The position numbers and the translations under genes are program-made. A model generated the notes under the pieces. The model saw only the letters and a list, made by a program, of their open reading frames with translations. It searched no databases and was not told where the DNA came from. This document shows, in pieces, positions 23,109 to 33,770 of a stretch of 36,768 nucleotides of DNA. This DNA is from Nemertoderma westbladi (taxonomy: Eukaryota > Animalia > Xenacoelomorpha), in contig JAUCBJ010001192.1 of NCBI GenBank assembly GCA_032718475.1, positions 1-36,768 of the forward strand. Direction: 5' to 3'. Every line of letters begins with the position of its first letter. Positions within the stretch are counted from its first letter, which is position 1.

Positions 23109-24797
23109 TTACATATGTTTGATATCCTTATGTATAGAGTCGAAATGCCGTTTTAGGTCGTGTTTGTAACGGAATTCTTTATTACAATAACCGCACTTAT
23201 ATTTAATATCTTTATGTACAGAGTCGACATGTTGTTTTAGTTTGTATTTTTGAGCAAATGATTTTCCACAATCGGAGCAGCTATACTTGATGATACCTTT
23301 GTGGACAAAGTTAACGTGGGTGTTTAGACTACTTTGCAGGCTGAATTCTTTATTACAATAACCGCACTTATGTTTTATATGTTTGTGAATGTATTCGATA
23401 TGTTTTTTTAGTCCGACTTTTCTAGCAAATGATTTTCCACAATGAAAACAGTTGTACTTGATATCTTTATGGGAGTAGTTGATATGGATGTTTATATTCG
23501 ATAGGTGACTGAATTCTTTCTTACAATAACCGCACTTATGTTTGATATCCTTATGTATAGAGTCGACATGTAGTTTTAGGTGGTGTTTGTAACTGAATTC
23601 TTTATTACAATAACCGCACTTATGTTTGATATCCTTATGTACAGAGTCGACATGTTGTTTTAGGTGGTGTTTGTAACTGAATTCTTTATTACAATAACCG
23701 CACTTATATTTGATATCTTTATGTACAGAGTCGACATGTTGTTTTAGTTTGTCTTTTTGAGCAAATGATTTTCCACAATCGGAGCAGCTATACTTGATGA
23801 TACCTTTATGGGTAAAGTTAATGTGGGTGTTTAGATCCCCTTTCTGACTGAATCCTTTATGACAATAACTGCACTTATATTTAATATCTTGATGTATAGA
23901 GTCGATATGTTGTTTTAGTTTGTCTTTTTTAGCATATGATTTTCCACAATCGGAGCAGCTATACTTGATGATACCTTTGTGGGTAAAGTTAATGTGGGTG
24001 TTTAGACTCATTTTATAGCTGAATTCTTTATGACAATAACCGCACTTATATTTGATATCTTTATGTATAGAGTCGACATGTCGTTTTAGTACGGCCTTTG
24101 TAGCAAATGATTTTCCACAATCGAAACAGTTGTACTTGATATCTTTATGAAAGTAGTTCACATGGGTGTTTAGACTCCTTTGCTGGCTGAATTCTTTATT
24201 ACAATAAACGCACTTATGTTTGATATCGTTATGGATAGCGTCAACATGCTTCTTTACATAATTTTTTATTTTAAACACTTTCTCACAATAATCGCATTTA
24301 TACTTATTCTTGACGTCTTTATGAACGGATTCTATATGTCTATCTAAATTTCCTTTGTCATTAAATAATTCATTGCAATGAAAACAGGATCTGGTATCTG
24401 AAGAAGATACCAACTCCCCAACAGTTTCATTAGAACTACCGGAATTAGTTGTTGCACAACTGATTGTTGGTTCTGTACCTTCAGTTCCAATGGGCCTACG
24501 ATAAGAACAGTCTGGGCTGTCGTTTTCCCGTTTTTCAACAATAAAATAATCTCCAGATTGTTCATAAGAAATATCTTCGTCATCTAGTACAGGGACAACA
24601 TCTACTGCACCGAACAAATTGTTGTGATCTTCGATGGGAGATGATCCGTAAACGCACTTCCCTTGATTAACATCAAGATAATAGGGGGTGGAGTCTGTTG
24701 GTTCTCTCTTTATAATCATACAATCTGTTTGTTCTTTCTTTATAACTATACCGGCACCAGATGATTTCTCTTTCAATAAATTAATTTGTTGATCCAT
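23109..24797 (-). CDS. Intronless tandem C2H2 zinc-finger protein, 15 fingers
   Basis: Fifteen CxxC-x12-HxxxxH repeats with HKDIKYK/HKGIIKYS linkers. Likely start is the ATG at 24797 (MDQQ). No KRAB, SCAN, BTB or ZAD domain recognised in the N-terminus. Confidence 0.9.
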   Translation of the reverse strand: MDQQINLLKEKSSGAGIVIKKEQTDCMIIKREPTDSTPYYLDVNQGKCVYGSSPIEDHNNLFGAVDVVPVLDDEDISYEQSGDYFIVEKRENDSPDCSYRRPIGTEGTEPTISCATTNSGSSNETVGELVSSSDTRSCFHCNELFNDKGNLDRHIESVHKDVKNKYKCDYCEKVFKIKNYVKKHVDAIHNDIKHKCVYCNKEFSQQRSLNTHVNYFHKDIKYNCFDCGKSFATKAVLKRHVDSIHKDIKYKCGYCHKEFSYKMSLNTHINFTHKGIIKYSCSDCGKSYAKKDKLKQHIDSIHQDIKYKCSYCHKGFSQKGDLNTHINFTHKGIIKYSCSDCGKSFAQKDKLKQHVDSVHKDIKYKCGYCNKEFSYKHHLKQHVDSVHKDIKHKCGYCNKEFSYKHHLKLHVDSIHKDIKHKCGYCKKEFSHLSNINIHINYSHKDIKYNCFHCGKSFARKVGLKKHIEYIHKHIKHKCGYCNKEFSLQSSLNTHVNFVHKGIIKYSCSDCGKSFAQKYKLKQHVDSVHKDIKYKCGYCNKEFRYKHDLKRHFDSIHKDIKHM

Positions 24798-25689
24798 TAT
24801 CAAATCTTCAATAAATATTAATCAATAAATTAAATACAGGTGGCAGTAGTTTTAGGTATGTCAAGCTCTTCACTAATATAAATTTCATGCGATGTAAATA
24901 TAATAAATAGATTATATAAGGGCGTTTAAAAGTTGCATGTCGCTGTAACGGAATGGCGCAGGTTATAGTGACTGACAAGCAAATGGAACCAAAAGAAAAC
25001 CATCACTACTACAGTACCAGTACGATTCGAGAGTAAAGGTTTAGGTGATTTATTAAATATGTTATTGGCGATTCAATTAAAGAGACAGAGTGTGCTACAT
25101 ACGGTCGCGGTTATATGAAACTACGACAGTTCCTATGTAGCAAACTTCGCTCGCGTTTGAACTTAAGTAATTAATTACCGGTACCTAATACTTAAACAAA
25201 AACTCAAGTTTGCGTAGCTGATTATGAAACTGTAACCTGTAAAGCTAGTCGCTACGGACATTGTCAATACTGCTAACTTTTAAGGTCATTTTCACTTGGT
25301 TGTTATGGTATTTTCCAAAAACTAAATATGCCATTAATTTCATTATATCAAAAATAGTAATCTTCCATAAATGTTAACTCATCATATCTACAGATATACT
25401 ATAAGAGCTGTTGCTATGGCAGTTTCCTCCGTTGCTATGTTTAAGACCCTCTAAAAAACCAGCTCATCCGTTTGGTGAAGTCTACCCAATTTGTTTATAA
25501 TGTCCGATATCAGTATTAATTTTATTCTTAAATAAATAGTTATTCAATACTGGTATATAATATATATGTATATCTGTGTATCACTATATTTATACTTCTG
25601 TGCTATTTACTGTATATTATTTAGCAATTTTACTATGGGCGATGCCTGCAATAAAGATAAATAAATAAATAAATAAAATAAAATCAGTA

Positions 25690-26620
25690 CTAAACATCTA
25701 TATGGTGTAGTTCAGTCGTATAAAAAACACTTACGGGGTTATAGGCTGAAATCTGTATTACATATAGAAACACTTAGATTTATAAACATTGAGGCAGAAA
25801 ACAACAGTTGGACAATTTTTTACCGACGAAAATACGAAATTAAACATCATGATTATTGAAATATTTCCGTTGCTATGTTAACCCGAGGTCCCGAGCGGGT
25901 TTTATAAATTGCAGAATGATAACAATTCAACCAGTGTGTAGGAGTGTGGAACAATTCAACCAGTGTGGATACACTGCGTTGTACCGGTACTAAACTAGAC
26001 TTTAAATGATACCGACTGAGCTCTGAAACTGCAAGCTTGACGATGAGTAGGTGTGGCATTCAAGGCGATAAATGCTCCGTTAGATGGAAACCACAATGAG
26101 ACTAAACGACAAAACGAAGTTTGGACTTCGTCGTCTTCATTCTGAGTTTATTGGACATCAGTCTTCCATTCCGGGTTTATTTGGACTCGGCTACTTTGTT
26201 ATCGGGTTTACTTTTACTCCATGTGCCACCTGCCGTATTAATGTTCAACCGATTTCGCCGCCACATCGTATTCATCGTGAAGCCTTCAGTTAGTCGAAAA
26301 CGTTAATATGAGTAGTCTAGTCTAGTACAGTAGTACCGGTACACGCAGTGCATTCTACTGAAGTACCCTACTGGCTAAATTGTTATCAATTCTGAAATTT
26401 AAAACTCCTTAAAGTTTTAAACTCCTGGCAACGAAAAGTTTAAAACTCCTGGCAACGAACGGTACGGCAACGGTAGTTAATTATGTCGTTTTCTTTTGAA
26501 CTTTCGCTAAAAAAATATAGCAAACCATAGTTTCTGCCTCATTTTTGATAAATCTAGGTGTTTCGAGATGTTTCCGGCCGTTAGCAAACTCGGTGTTTAT
26601 TCTAGCTGTAGATGTTTCCA
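25690..26620. mobile_element. Old MITE-like element with long degenerate inverted arms
   Basis: About 25690-26000 is the reverse complement of about 26313-26620, e.g. gaaacacttagatttataaacattgaggcagaaa versus tttctgcctcatttttgataaatctaggtgtttc. Ends are approximate. Confidence 0.6.
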
Positions 26621-26721
26621 GGTATTACTGTATTAGTAGGCCTACGTTTGAACGACAATTCAGCCATTAATTATCTGATGTCAGTATGGTTAGGCTAGTG
26701 TCGTTCAAACGTACTAATACC
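26621..26721. mobile_element. Small MITE with 8-9-bp TSD (MULE- or hAT-like)
   Basis: TIR ggtattagtacgtttgaacgaca, with the left copy interrupted by small insertions. Flanking repeat tgtttcca at 26613-26620 and 26723-26730. Confidence 0.75.
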
Positions 26722-26894
26722 CTGTTTCCATGCATTTTCCAGGGTTTTCAGCTTTTTAGTACATACCAAGGTGCAAGGACTACTCTACTGATCTACCATT
26801 GCAGCCATATACATGTATACGCAACTGTCTGACAGTACTTACCCATAATACTGTAATAGAGTAATACTGTATGTGAGTGAAAATGGGGTGGGGT

Positions 26895-26931
26895 CAAGGA
26901 CTACTATACTACAGTAGTATAGTAGTCCTTG
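26895..26931. mobile_element. 37-bp palindromic mini-element with 8-bp TSD
   Basis: caaggactactatacta-cag-tagtatagtagtccttg flanked by ggtggggt on both sides (26887-26894 and 26932-26939). Confidence 0.7.
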
Positions 26932-27342
26932 GGTGGGGTATATGGGGTATATGGGGTGGGGTGTGTAGAGGTATAGCCTACATAGAGGCTACATGTACAG
27001 TAGGTAGGTATAGCCTACATGTAGACAGGTAGATGCACGTGTAGGGTGAATGTAAGGTAGGTGTAGTCCCATATATATTAATGTATAGATGTAATTTTTA
27101 TGTGTCGACTTGCAGTAATGTGATGCACGGTCGTCAATCAGGATATGTTAGTGCGAACCAAAACAGTAAACTTTAAACAAAACAAATCTACTGGATTCTC
27201 GAACCGCTGAGGCAGAAAACAGTTTACGAACGGACAAAACTAGACAAAAATAAAATCCCGCGCAGCGAATCCTAACTAATGGTGCTGACTGGCTGACGGA
27301 CTAAAAGCACTCGTATACTTTGCCGCGGTGTGATTTATACTG

Positions 27343-29155
27343 TAGTTCGATGTTCAAAGTTTTGAATGTTTTAGTTAAATTTTTTCCGGATATAAAAATA
27401 TTTGTGTCGCCTGCAAACAGAATGAATTTAATAATGTTTGATATATTGGTAATGTCGTTGATATATACAAGGAACAGTAAAGGACCAAGAATGGACCCCT
27501 GTGGAACACCTAACGCAATAATTGAAGGTTGTGATAATACTCCTTGAAAATCTACAAATTGCTTTCTATTTGTAAGGTAGTTGGTGTACCACTGGAGAGG
27601 AATACCACGCACACCATAATTTTCCAATTTAGAAATTAATATTTTAAAATCAACATTATCAAAGGCCTTTGATAGATCAAGGAACAGGCCCACTGTAGAT
27701 TCTTTATTTTCAACACCTTCAATAAGTTTGTTCTGAAGAAGAGACAGCGCCATGATAGTAGATTTTTTATTTTGAAAACCAAATTGAGAATCATTAATTG
27801 CATATGAACCATTGAAGAAACTTACAGTTTGCTGAAATACTGCCTTTTCTAGAATTTTGGAGAAGAATGGTAAGATACTTATAGGGCGATAGTTAGAACA
27901 AAGGGAAGATTCATTGGCCTTAAACACCGGGACAATTCTTGCAATTTCCCATTGTTCTGGGAAGATCCCGAGAGAAAGAGACTGGTTGATAATATGAGTT
28001 ATAGGTTCGATTTTATCAGGTGAAAACAATTTCTTGCTATAACAGGGTCAACACAATCTGAACTGATCGCTTTCGACCGGCTCAGGCCAAGCACGAGAGC
28101 TTCCACGTCGCCTTTGTCAAGAGGTGAAAAAAACAGTGTATTAGTTAAAGGATCATTGAGTGAGTCTTTGAAGAATCCAGATGGTGGCGTAATTTTATCG
28201 GCAAGTTTACTAGCTACTGAACTAAAGTATTTAGAGAATCCATTTCCAATCTTGGATTTGTTATCCGTCATGTACTTGTCAATTAGAAATTTCCCGGAAA
28301 CAGAATTGCTTTTTTTGTTGATAATTTCCTTTATAACAGACCATGTTTTACTAATGTTTGGCACATATTTTATAATGTTGTTGCTTCGCAATTCTAATTG
28401 TTTTAGTTAGTATATTTTTGTACGATAAATATTCCTGCTTTGCTTCAGTAGATTTTGTTTTAATATATTTTGCATATAGTGAATGTTTCTTTCTTATGGA
28501 GGTATAAAGTTTTTCAGATATCCATGGTTTCACAACATTAATAATTTTAACCTTTCTAATTGGAAAAGTGACGTTGTATAAATTTTGATAAATTTCAAAG
28601 AAATTCTGAAGCGCATCGTTTGGATCTTGCTTACAAGTTACATTGTTCCACGAACTTATAAGACGCAATTTTTCACAGAATAGAGCACAGTTTTTTTGAG
28701 ATTTATCACGCACTAAGATGTATGAATGTTTCCAAAATTTACTTCTATTAAACGGCAAATTTGTTTGGGCAAATACAGGCAAGTGATCGGATATACTACC
28801 AACAATGATACCCGAGCGTTTTACTAAACTTATGTCGTTCGCAAGGATGTTATCGGTACAAGTTGCAGTGTTATCCGTGATGCGAGTGGGCTTATTAATT
28901 AATGGAAATCTAAAATTACTGGCTAATAAATCTAAAAATTCTCGGACGTTCGGCCTGTCCTGTAATTTCAATAAGTCCAGATTGAAGTCACCCAAAAGAT
29001 AACAAAGTTTTCCCTCTTTATTTATTATTTTTAGTGTTTCAGTTAATCTATCAAAAAATTATGTAATATTCGTTTTTGGTGCTCGATAAATACAGCCAAT
29101 GATTATATTTTTTTCCGACTTACGTTGCCACTCCATAAAAACTGATTCATATGCT
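27343..29155 (-). mobile_element. 5' half of a CR1/L2-group LINE ORF2 (APE endonuclease end to RT), inactive
   Basis: IIGCIYR, GDFN, PTR, ISDHLPVF, NYRPISILP, FLDLSKAFD and [13 protein letters not shown] motifs. Catalytic FADD is mutated to FAGD and there are several frameshifts. Confidence 0.92.
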
Positions 29156-29241
29156 ACAGACCGATTCTTAGCTTGTTTTAGGTCATTCCTACGTTTGAAA
29201 TCTATATTTTCGGGGATACCGGGAGACCACCACATTTTCCG

Positions 29242-29443
29242 GGGTGTAAACGCTACACCCACAACCGACAACCAACGCCAACGCCGAAACCATTATTAAA
29301 GCTAATTAATGTTAATTAGGAACAAGTTACAGTGAAAGGTTATTCTAACCAAAACAATAAACGAGAGTGACGAATTCAGGTTACATTTTCATATTTGCTA
29401 TTGTCGGCAGTGGTTGTCGGCTGTCGGCGTAGCGTTTACACCC
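29242..29443. mobile_element. MULE-like MITE
   Basis: TIRs gggtgtaaacgctac / gtagcgtttacaccc. 9-bp TSD cattttccg / catttaccg with one mismatch. Confidence 0.78.
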
Positions 29444-30075
29444 CATTTACCGGGATATTTTCTCCCTTTTTCAATAATGACCAACTTCACACTCGCGTTG
29501 AATTTCACTTGCCGCACGCATCCGCACCGCAATTTGGCCCGGATGTGAAGTATACTAGACTTTCAGCTTATATTTCACTTTGCAGTTTACCGCCATGTGA
29601 ATATAACCAAAACAATAAACGAATTAGTATCTGTACAGGTTATTAGGTTGAAATAAGCGCTACACAACACTCATATTGGGAAATTTAGAAAATACAAATT
29701 ATTCAGTTAGAAATTTTGAACGAAAAGTGAAATGGGATTCTTCACATGGTCACAGCAATGTTTGATTTAGTGGTCGGTATCTTCAAAGGAAGTGTTCAGT
29801 GCTAAGTTCTCATGGTATTGTACAAAACGTGTAGGACAGTTTAATGTTTTATACAGTCGATCAGATCCCACACTCATCAATAAAAAAGTAACACAATATA
29901 GAATCTGGCAATTAAATCATAATAGTTTTTATATTTATAAAGTTCTACAGTAGATTTGAAATTAAGCCAAGGACAAGATCTGAATTAAAAAATATGGATG
30001 GATTAATTAATTAAGTATTAAATATGTCTGTATTTAATAGCCGAACTCTATAATAGTGAGAGTTAGACGAACATT

Positions 30076-30483
30076 CCTTGGTATAACTCGGTTTTTATAA
30101 TTGACCTCGCTCGCTGTGATCGCGCGGAAAATTGTACAGCTCGGGTCGCCGGTAAATAAAGCGATATTGTATTTCCATGTAGGCCTAATAAATAATTAAT
30201 GATTTATTCTCAGTCGAATATAAATTTCGCAAACTATTGTACTGTAGTGCCTAAACTAGTGTCATTCTGTCATTAATCTAATCTACGAAATAAACAAATC
30301 TAATTTTACATCGAAGGAATTCCACCATTATTAATACTAATAATCATTATTGGCGTAATATTTTGTTGCCATACGCTGTAACGCCAATATAATATTGTTC
30401 GGTTAATAATCGATTACATTCCGGTGTACTAACTCACCAGCAGTTAAACGCCCCCCCCCCCCCTCCCCCTCCCCCCTAGTTCA
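30076..30483 (+). repeat. Dispersed repeat, copy 1
   Basis: Direct homologue of 36338-36747 from ccttggtataactcg to cccctagttca. Confidence 0.8.
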
Positions 30484-30699
30484 GATGAGATATGATATGA
30501 GCGTTCAAAAGTTGCTTAAAAGTTTGCTTCTACGCGAGGCCATTTATTCTATTTAATAAACCCAGGAACATTACTCAGAGGTAGCTGGGCAACAATGCAA
30601 TACCTTATGTCTATTCATATAAACACGTTCGTGGGGCGGTGCGCAGCACGCGAAGTTGAGTAAGTTCGAAACAAGTTCGATTCGATCTGGAGTCATCTT

Positions 30700-30870
30700 T
30701 AGTATACCCATACAAAATTTTTGTTGAAAATGGTTAAAATCTTCAAATGTTATTTACGAATGAATTTTTCATTACAGGCGGACATACCGACGGACATGAA
30801 ATTTTGCACTATTTACTAATTATAATTGTGCGCTAAGGCTCGCCCTGACTGCGTGGCTCGCCCCACAAAG
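30700..30870 (+). mobile_element. Possible DINE-1/HINE-like 3' fragment
   Basis: cggacataccgacggacat microsatellite-like core followed by a GC-rich ggctcgccc repeat near the end. Confidence 0.35.
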
Positions 30871-31157
30871 TGTTCCAGATTTTTTTTAACACACTACATT
30901 ATTAACAATTTGCTATTCTAAATCGCATCTTGGCCTACTATAATAATTATTAATAATTCTATAATAAAATAACTATAATACTATAATTATAGTAGGTGAT
31001 GATCGCATATTCAATAATATTTACAATAGGAAATATTTAATAATATTTTTAAAATTTTTTATATTAAATACAATATTTAAAATAAGAAAGCGTAATAATT
31101 CAGCAATTTACATAGACAACGAAAGTTGATAAGCAAACATCAGATAATCATGATCAA

Positions 31158-32957
31158 TCACATATCAGTGAAGACATTCCGTTGAGTTACATATTCCTCA
31201 ATGTTCTCGGGTCGTTTTACTACGCAGAGTTTCAATGCACTTCTGTTTATTCTCATTGGGGCGATCGTATACCAGCTGTCTGTTAGTCCGTCGTAATACT
31301 CCGCCAAAGCGATCGTTTCGGACCCATCGTAACCCCCTGACACGTATATCCGGCCACTGATAACGGCTATACCAAAGTTACTCCGCTGTACATTCATAGA
31401 GGCGATCGATTCCCACTCGTTTTTGACGGGGTCGAACCGTTCCGCAGTCCGCAGTCGGTTTGTCCCGTCGAAACCGCCGACAACGTATAACATACCCTTA
31501 TAAGCGCAGGCCTGTACGCCTGATCGACGGCTAGTCATCGCAGGTAGACCAACCCATTCGTTCTGTTCTGGAATATATCTCTCAGCGGTTTGTAAACATT
31601 CTTGCCCGTTAAAACCGCCTACCATGTAGATACAACCATCAAGAACGGCAGCGCAAGAATCGCTTCGCGTGTACATCATGCGTTGCACTTTGGTCCATTG
31701 GTTGGTGAATATATTATATTTCTCAACGTAATCCATCCTTTGTCTTGCGTTGAAACCCCCCATAGCAAATATGTAATGTCCTATAACTGCAACGCTAACG
31801 TAACATCTACTATGGTGCAACGGTGCCAATTCAACCCACAAGCGGCTTCGCAAGTCGAACCTTTTCATTGTGTTGAAGTACTCTTGTTCACCATCGAATC
31901 CTCCAATAATATACATCGACTGATCGTAAACCGCAACACCGTGGTAGGCGCGAGGACTTCCATCGATACTTTGTTCAATAACTTCCCAAAAGTCAGAATT
32001 TACGTTGTAAACTTCTACGGCGGTAGTTGGATTCTGTCCGCTCCATCCACCAACCGCAAACAAAAGGTCTCCAGGCGACCGATATTGACCCAGTTTCAAA
32101 TAGATCTTTGGAGATTCAACGGGATTCATTTTGAACTCTAACACAGTTTGTATAAGTTGTGTAGAATTAGCAGACTGCCGAATCGTCTTGTAAGTGGCAA
32201 TCACCTCCATGAGATAATGATTATTAACTAATCCTATTCTGCAAGTTGGTAACAATGTGTCGATATGCGGACCACGCTTGGCGGTATCGTAATCTATCCA
32301 TCGACATAACGCGATGAAAACAAATTCTTCTAAACGAACGTTGAGTCTATCACTCAACAGAAGGTCTTTCACAGTTTGCAAATCCTGTAAGTTCCATTCA
32401 TCATTGTCAGTGATGACGTCAGCAAACTTGTAGAGTATGTAATCAATAGTTTCCTTAAATAGAACACCATTGCTGTACAACTTTGCAACGCTGAGTAATT
32501 CAAAGCAATTTGTTGTTGACAAGTTGGATATCAAGTAATTCATGCAGAATTGCATTAATTCATTCATTCGAAGAAAGTCTGCATGTTTTAAAATAGATTT
32601 TGCTTGTTTTATATCCTGAATTTGTATACATCTAGTGTATGCGTAGTTAATTATAGCTCGGAATTCCTCTGGTGTGATACAGTTCAGTTCAATTTCAATC
32701 GGACCTTTAGAGATTTTATCTTCAAAATTTGGTGAGAGAAATTTTGAAGCGAAGAATGTACTCAGTGAGGACAGTAATACCTTGTGACAGTTGAACAGGG
32801 TCCCTTGGACTAATATCTTTGCATCGCACATAACATTCTGCTTGCGGTATTGATCAAATTTCGCCAAATCGCAAACAGTTAAGTCCGCACTATGAATGAT
32901 ATCCTCCCTCCCTTCAGCCAAGGCTGATATTTCACCCGAACCATCCATTTGAGACAT
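31158..32957 (-). CDS. KLHL10: Kelch-like protein 10 (BTB-BACK-6xKelch, Cullin-3 adaptor), single coding exon
   Basis: 599-aa ORF. BTB (CDAKILV..FNCHKVLLS) and BACK domains, then KLHL10-characteristic repeats LFAVGGWSG..PT, SPRAYHG, RCYVSV, RSD, RRSG, RSNFGI and RSAL. Confidence 0.92.
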   Translation of the reverse strand: MSQMDGSGEISALAEGREDIIHSADLTVCDLAKFDQYRKQNVMCDAKILVQGTLFNCHKVLLSSLSTFFASKFLSPNFEDKISKGPIEIELNCITPEEFRAIINYAYTRCIQIQDIKQAKSILKHADFLRMNELMQFCMNYLISNLSTTNCFELLSVAKLYSNGVLFKETIDYILYKFADVITDNDEWNLQDLQTVKDLLLSDRLNVRLEEFVFIALCRWIDYDTAKRGPHIDTLLPTCRIGLVNNHYLMEVIATYKTIRQSANSTQLIQTVLEFKMNPVESPKIYLKLGQYRSPGDLLFAVGGWSGQNPTTAVEVYNVNSDFWEVIEQSIDGSPRAYHGVAVYDQSMYIIGGFDGEQEYFNTMKRFDLRSRLWVELAPLHHSRCYVSVAVIGHYIFAMGGFNARQRMDYVEKYNIFTNQWTKVQRMMYTRSDSCAAVLDGCIYMVGGFNGQECLQTAERYIPEQNEWVGLPAMTSRRSGVQACAYKGMLYVVGGFDGTNRLRTAERFDPVKNEWESIASMNVQRSNFGIAVISGRIYVSGGYDGSETIALAEYYDGLTDSWYTIAPMRINRSALKLCVVKRPENIEEYVTQRNVFTDM

Positions 32958-33274
32958 TTTGGTGTTTTTTTGACTTTTGAAGACAAATTACTCTTTCCTT
33001 GAAGGAACTCCAACATCGTTACTATTAGATAAGCCTTCGTTTTGGGTTAATCAATAAAATAAATTGTAAAGTGAAAGTGAATAGTGTGGATAGTTCTACT
33101 AAAAACGATTTGTTTTTTATCCAACCACACCGCGAGATTCGTTTCTGCATAAATTACCTATTTGTAAACTTTATTTAATTAAATCCTACCTATAGTAAAC
33201 TAACCACTACCTACTAAAGTAGAGTACAACAATTAGATTCTAGAATTAAGCACTAAAGTACGACACTATTCCAG

Positions 33275-33285
33275 AATATGGCGGC
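33275..33285 (+). promoter_or_regulatory. YY1-like motif upstream of KLHL10
   Basis: AATATGGCGGC resembles AANATGGCGGC and lies about 320 bp upstream of the start codon. Motif match only. Confidence 0.25.
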
Positions 33286-33600
33286 GTAGTTATTATATTT
33301 CATAAAATAGACTCGTGCAGATCCAAAACCATGCAACTTTCGAACGCTCATATCACAGCTATTGTTCAACGAAATTCAGATTAATCCTTGCTTGAACGTC
33401 ATCATCACCAGCTTTCCATCAGCATCAACAAATTATATACAAATAAATGCAACGGGAGTAAGTGAGGGATGGGAATGTGGCAGAGAAACATAGGAGCAAG
33501 TGCGAATGATACAGATAGTGGGAATGTTCAGGGCGAGAAATTGGGGTAACTGTGGACTACGTGGTGCAGCGCCGCTTGAAAATTAAAATATTATGCTAAA

Positions 33601-33770
33601 GGCCGGTTTACACATGGCAACTTTTTAGGCAACTTACTAAAGTTAGCAACTTAATTTTGAACAACTTAACTTGTTCGCAGCTTAAATATGGCAACTTTTT
33701 TTTTTATAGGAACTTCGGTTTACACGGGACAACTTGATCGGCAACCTGAGTTGCTCACAAAGTTGTTGAC
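33601..33770 (+). mobile_element. PIF/Harbinger-like terminal fragment
   Basis: Starts ggccggtttacac and is followed by many gcaactt subterminal repeats. No partner TIR found. Confidence 0.5.

Noticed and set aside
31602-32141. 179-aa antisense ORF
   Set aside because: Shadow frame of KLHL10 with no independent support. The same applies to antisense ORFs over the LINE and BEL sequences.
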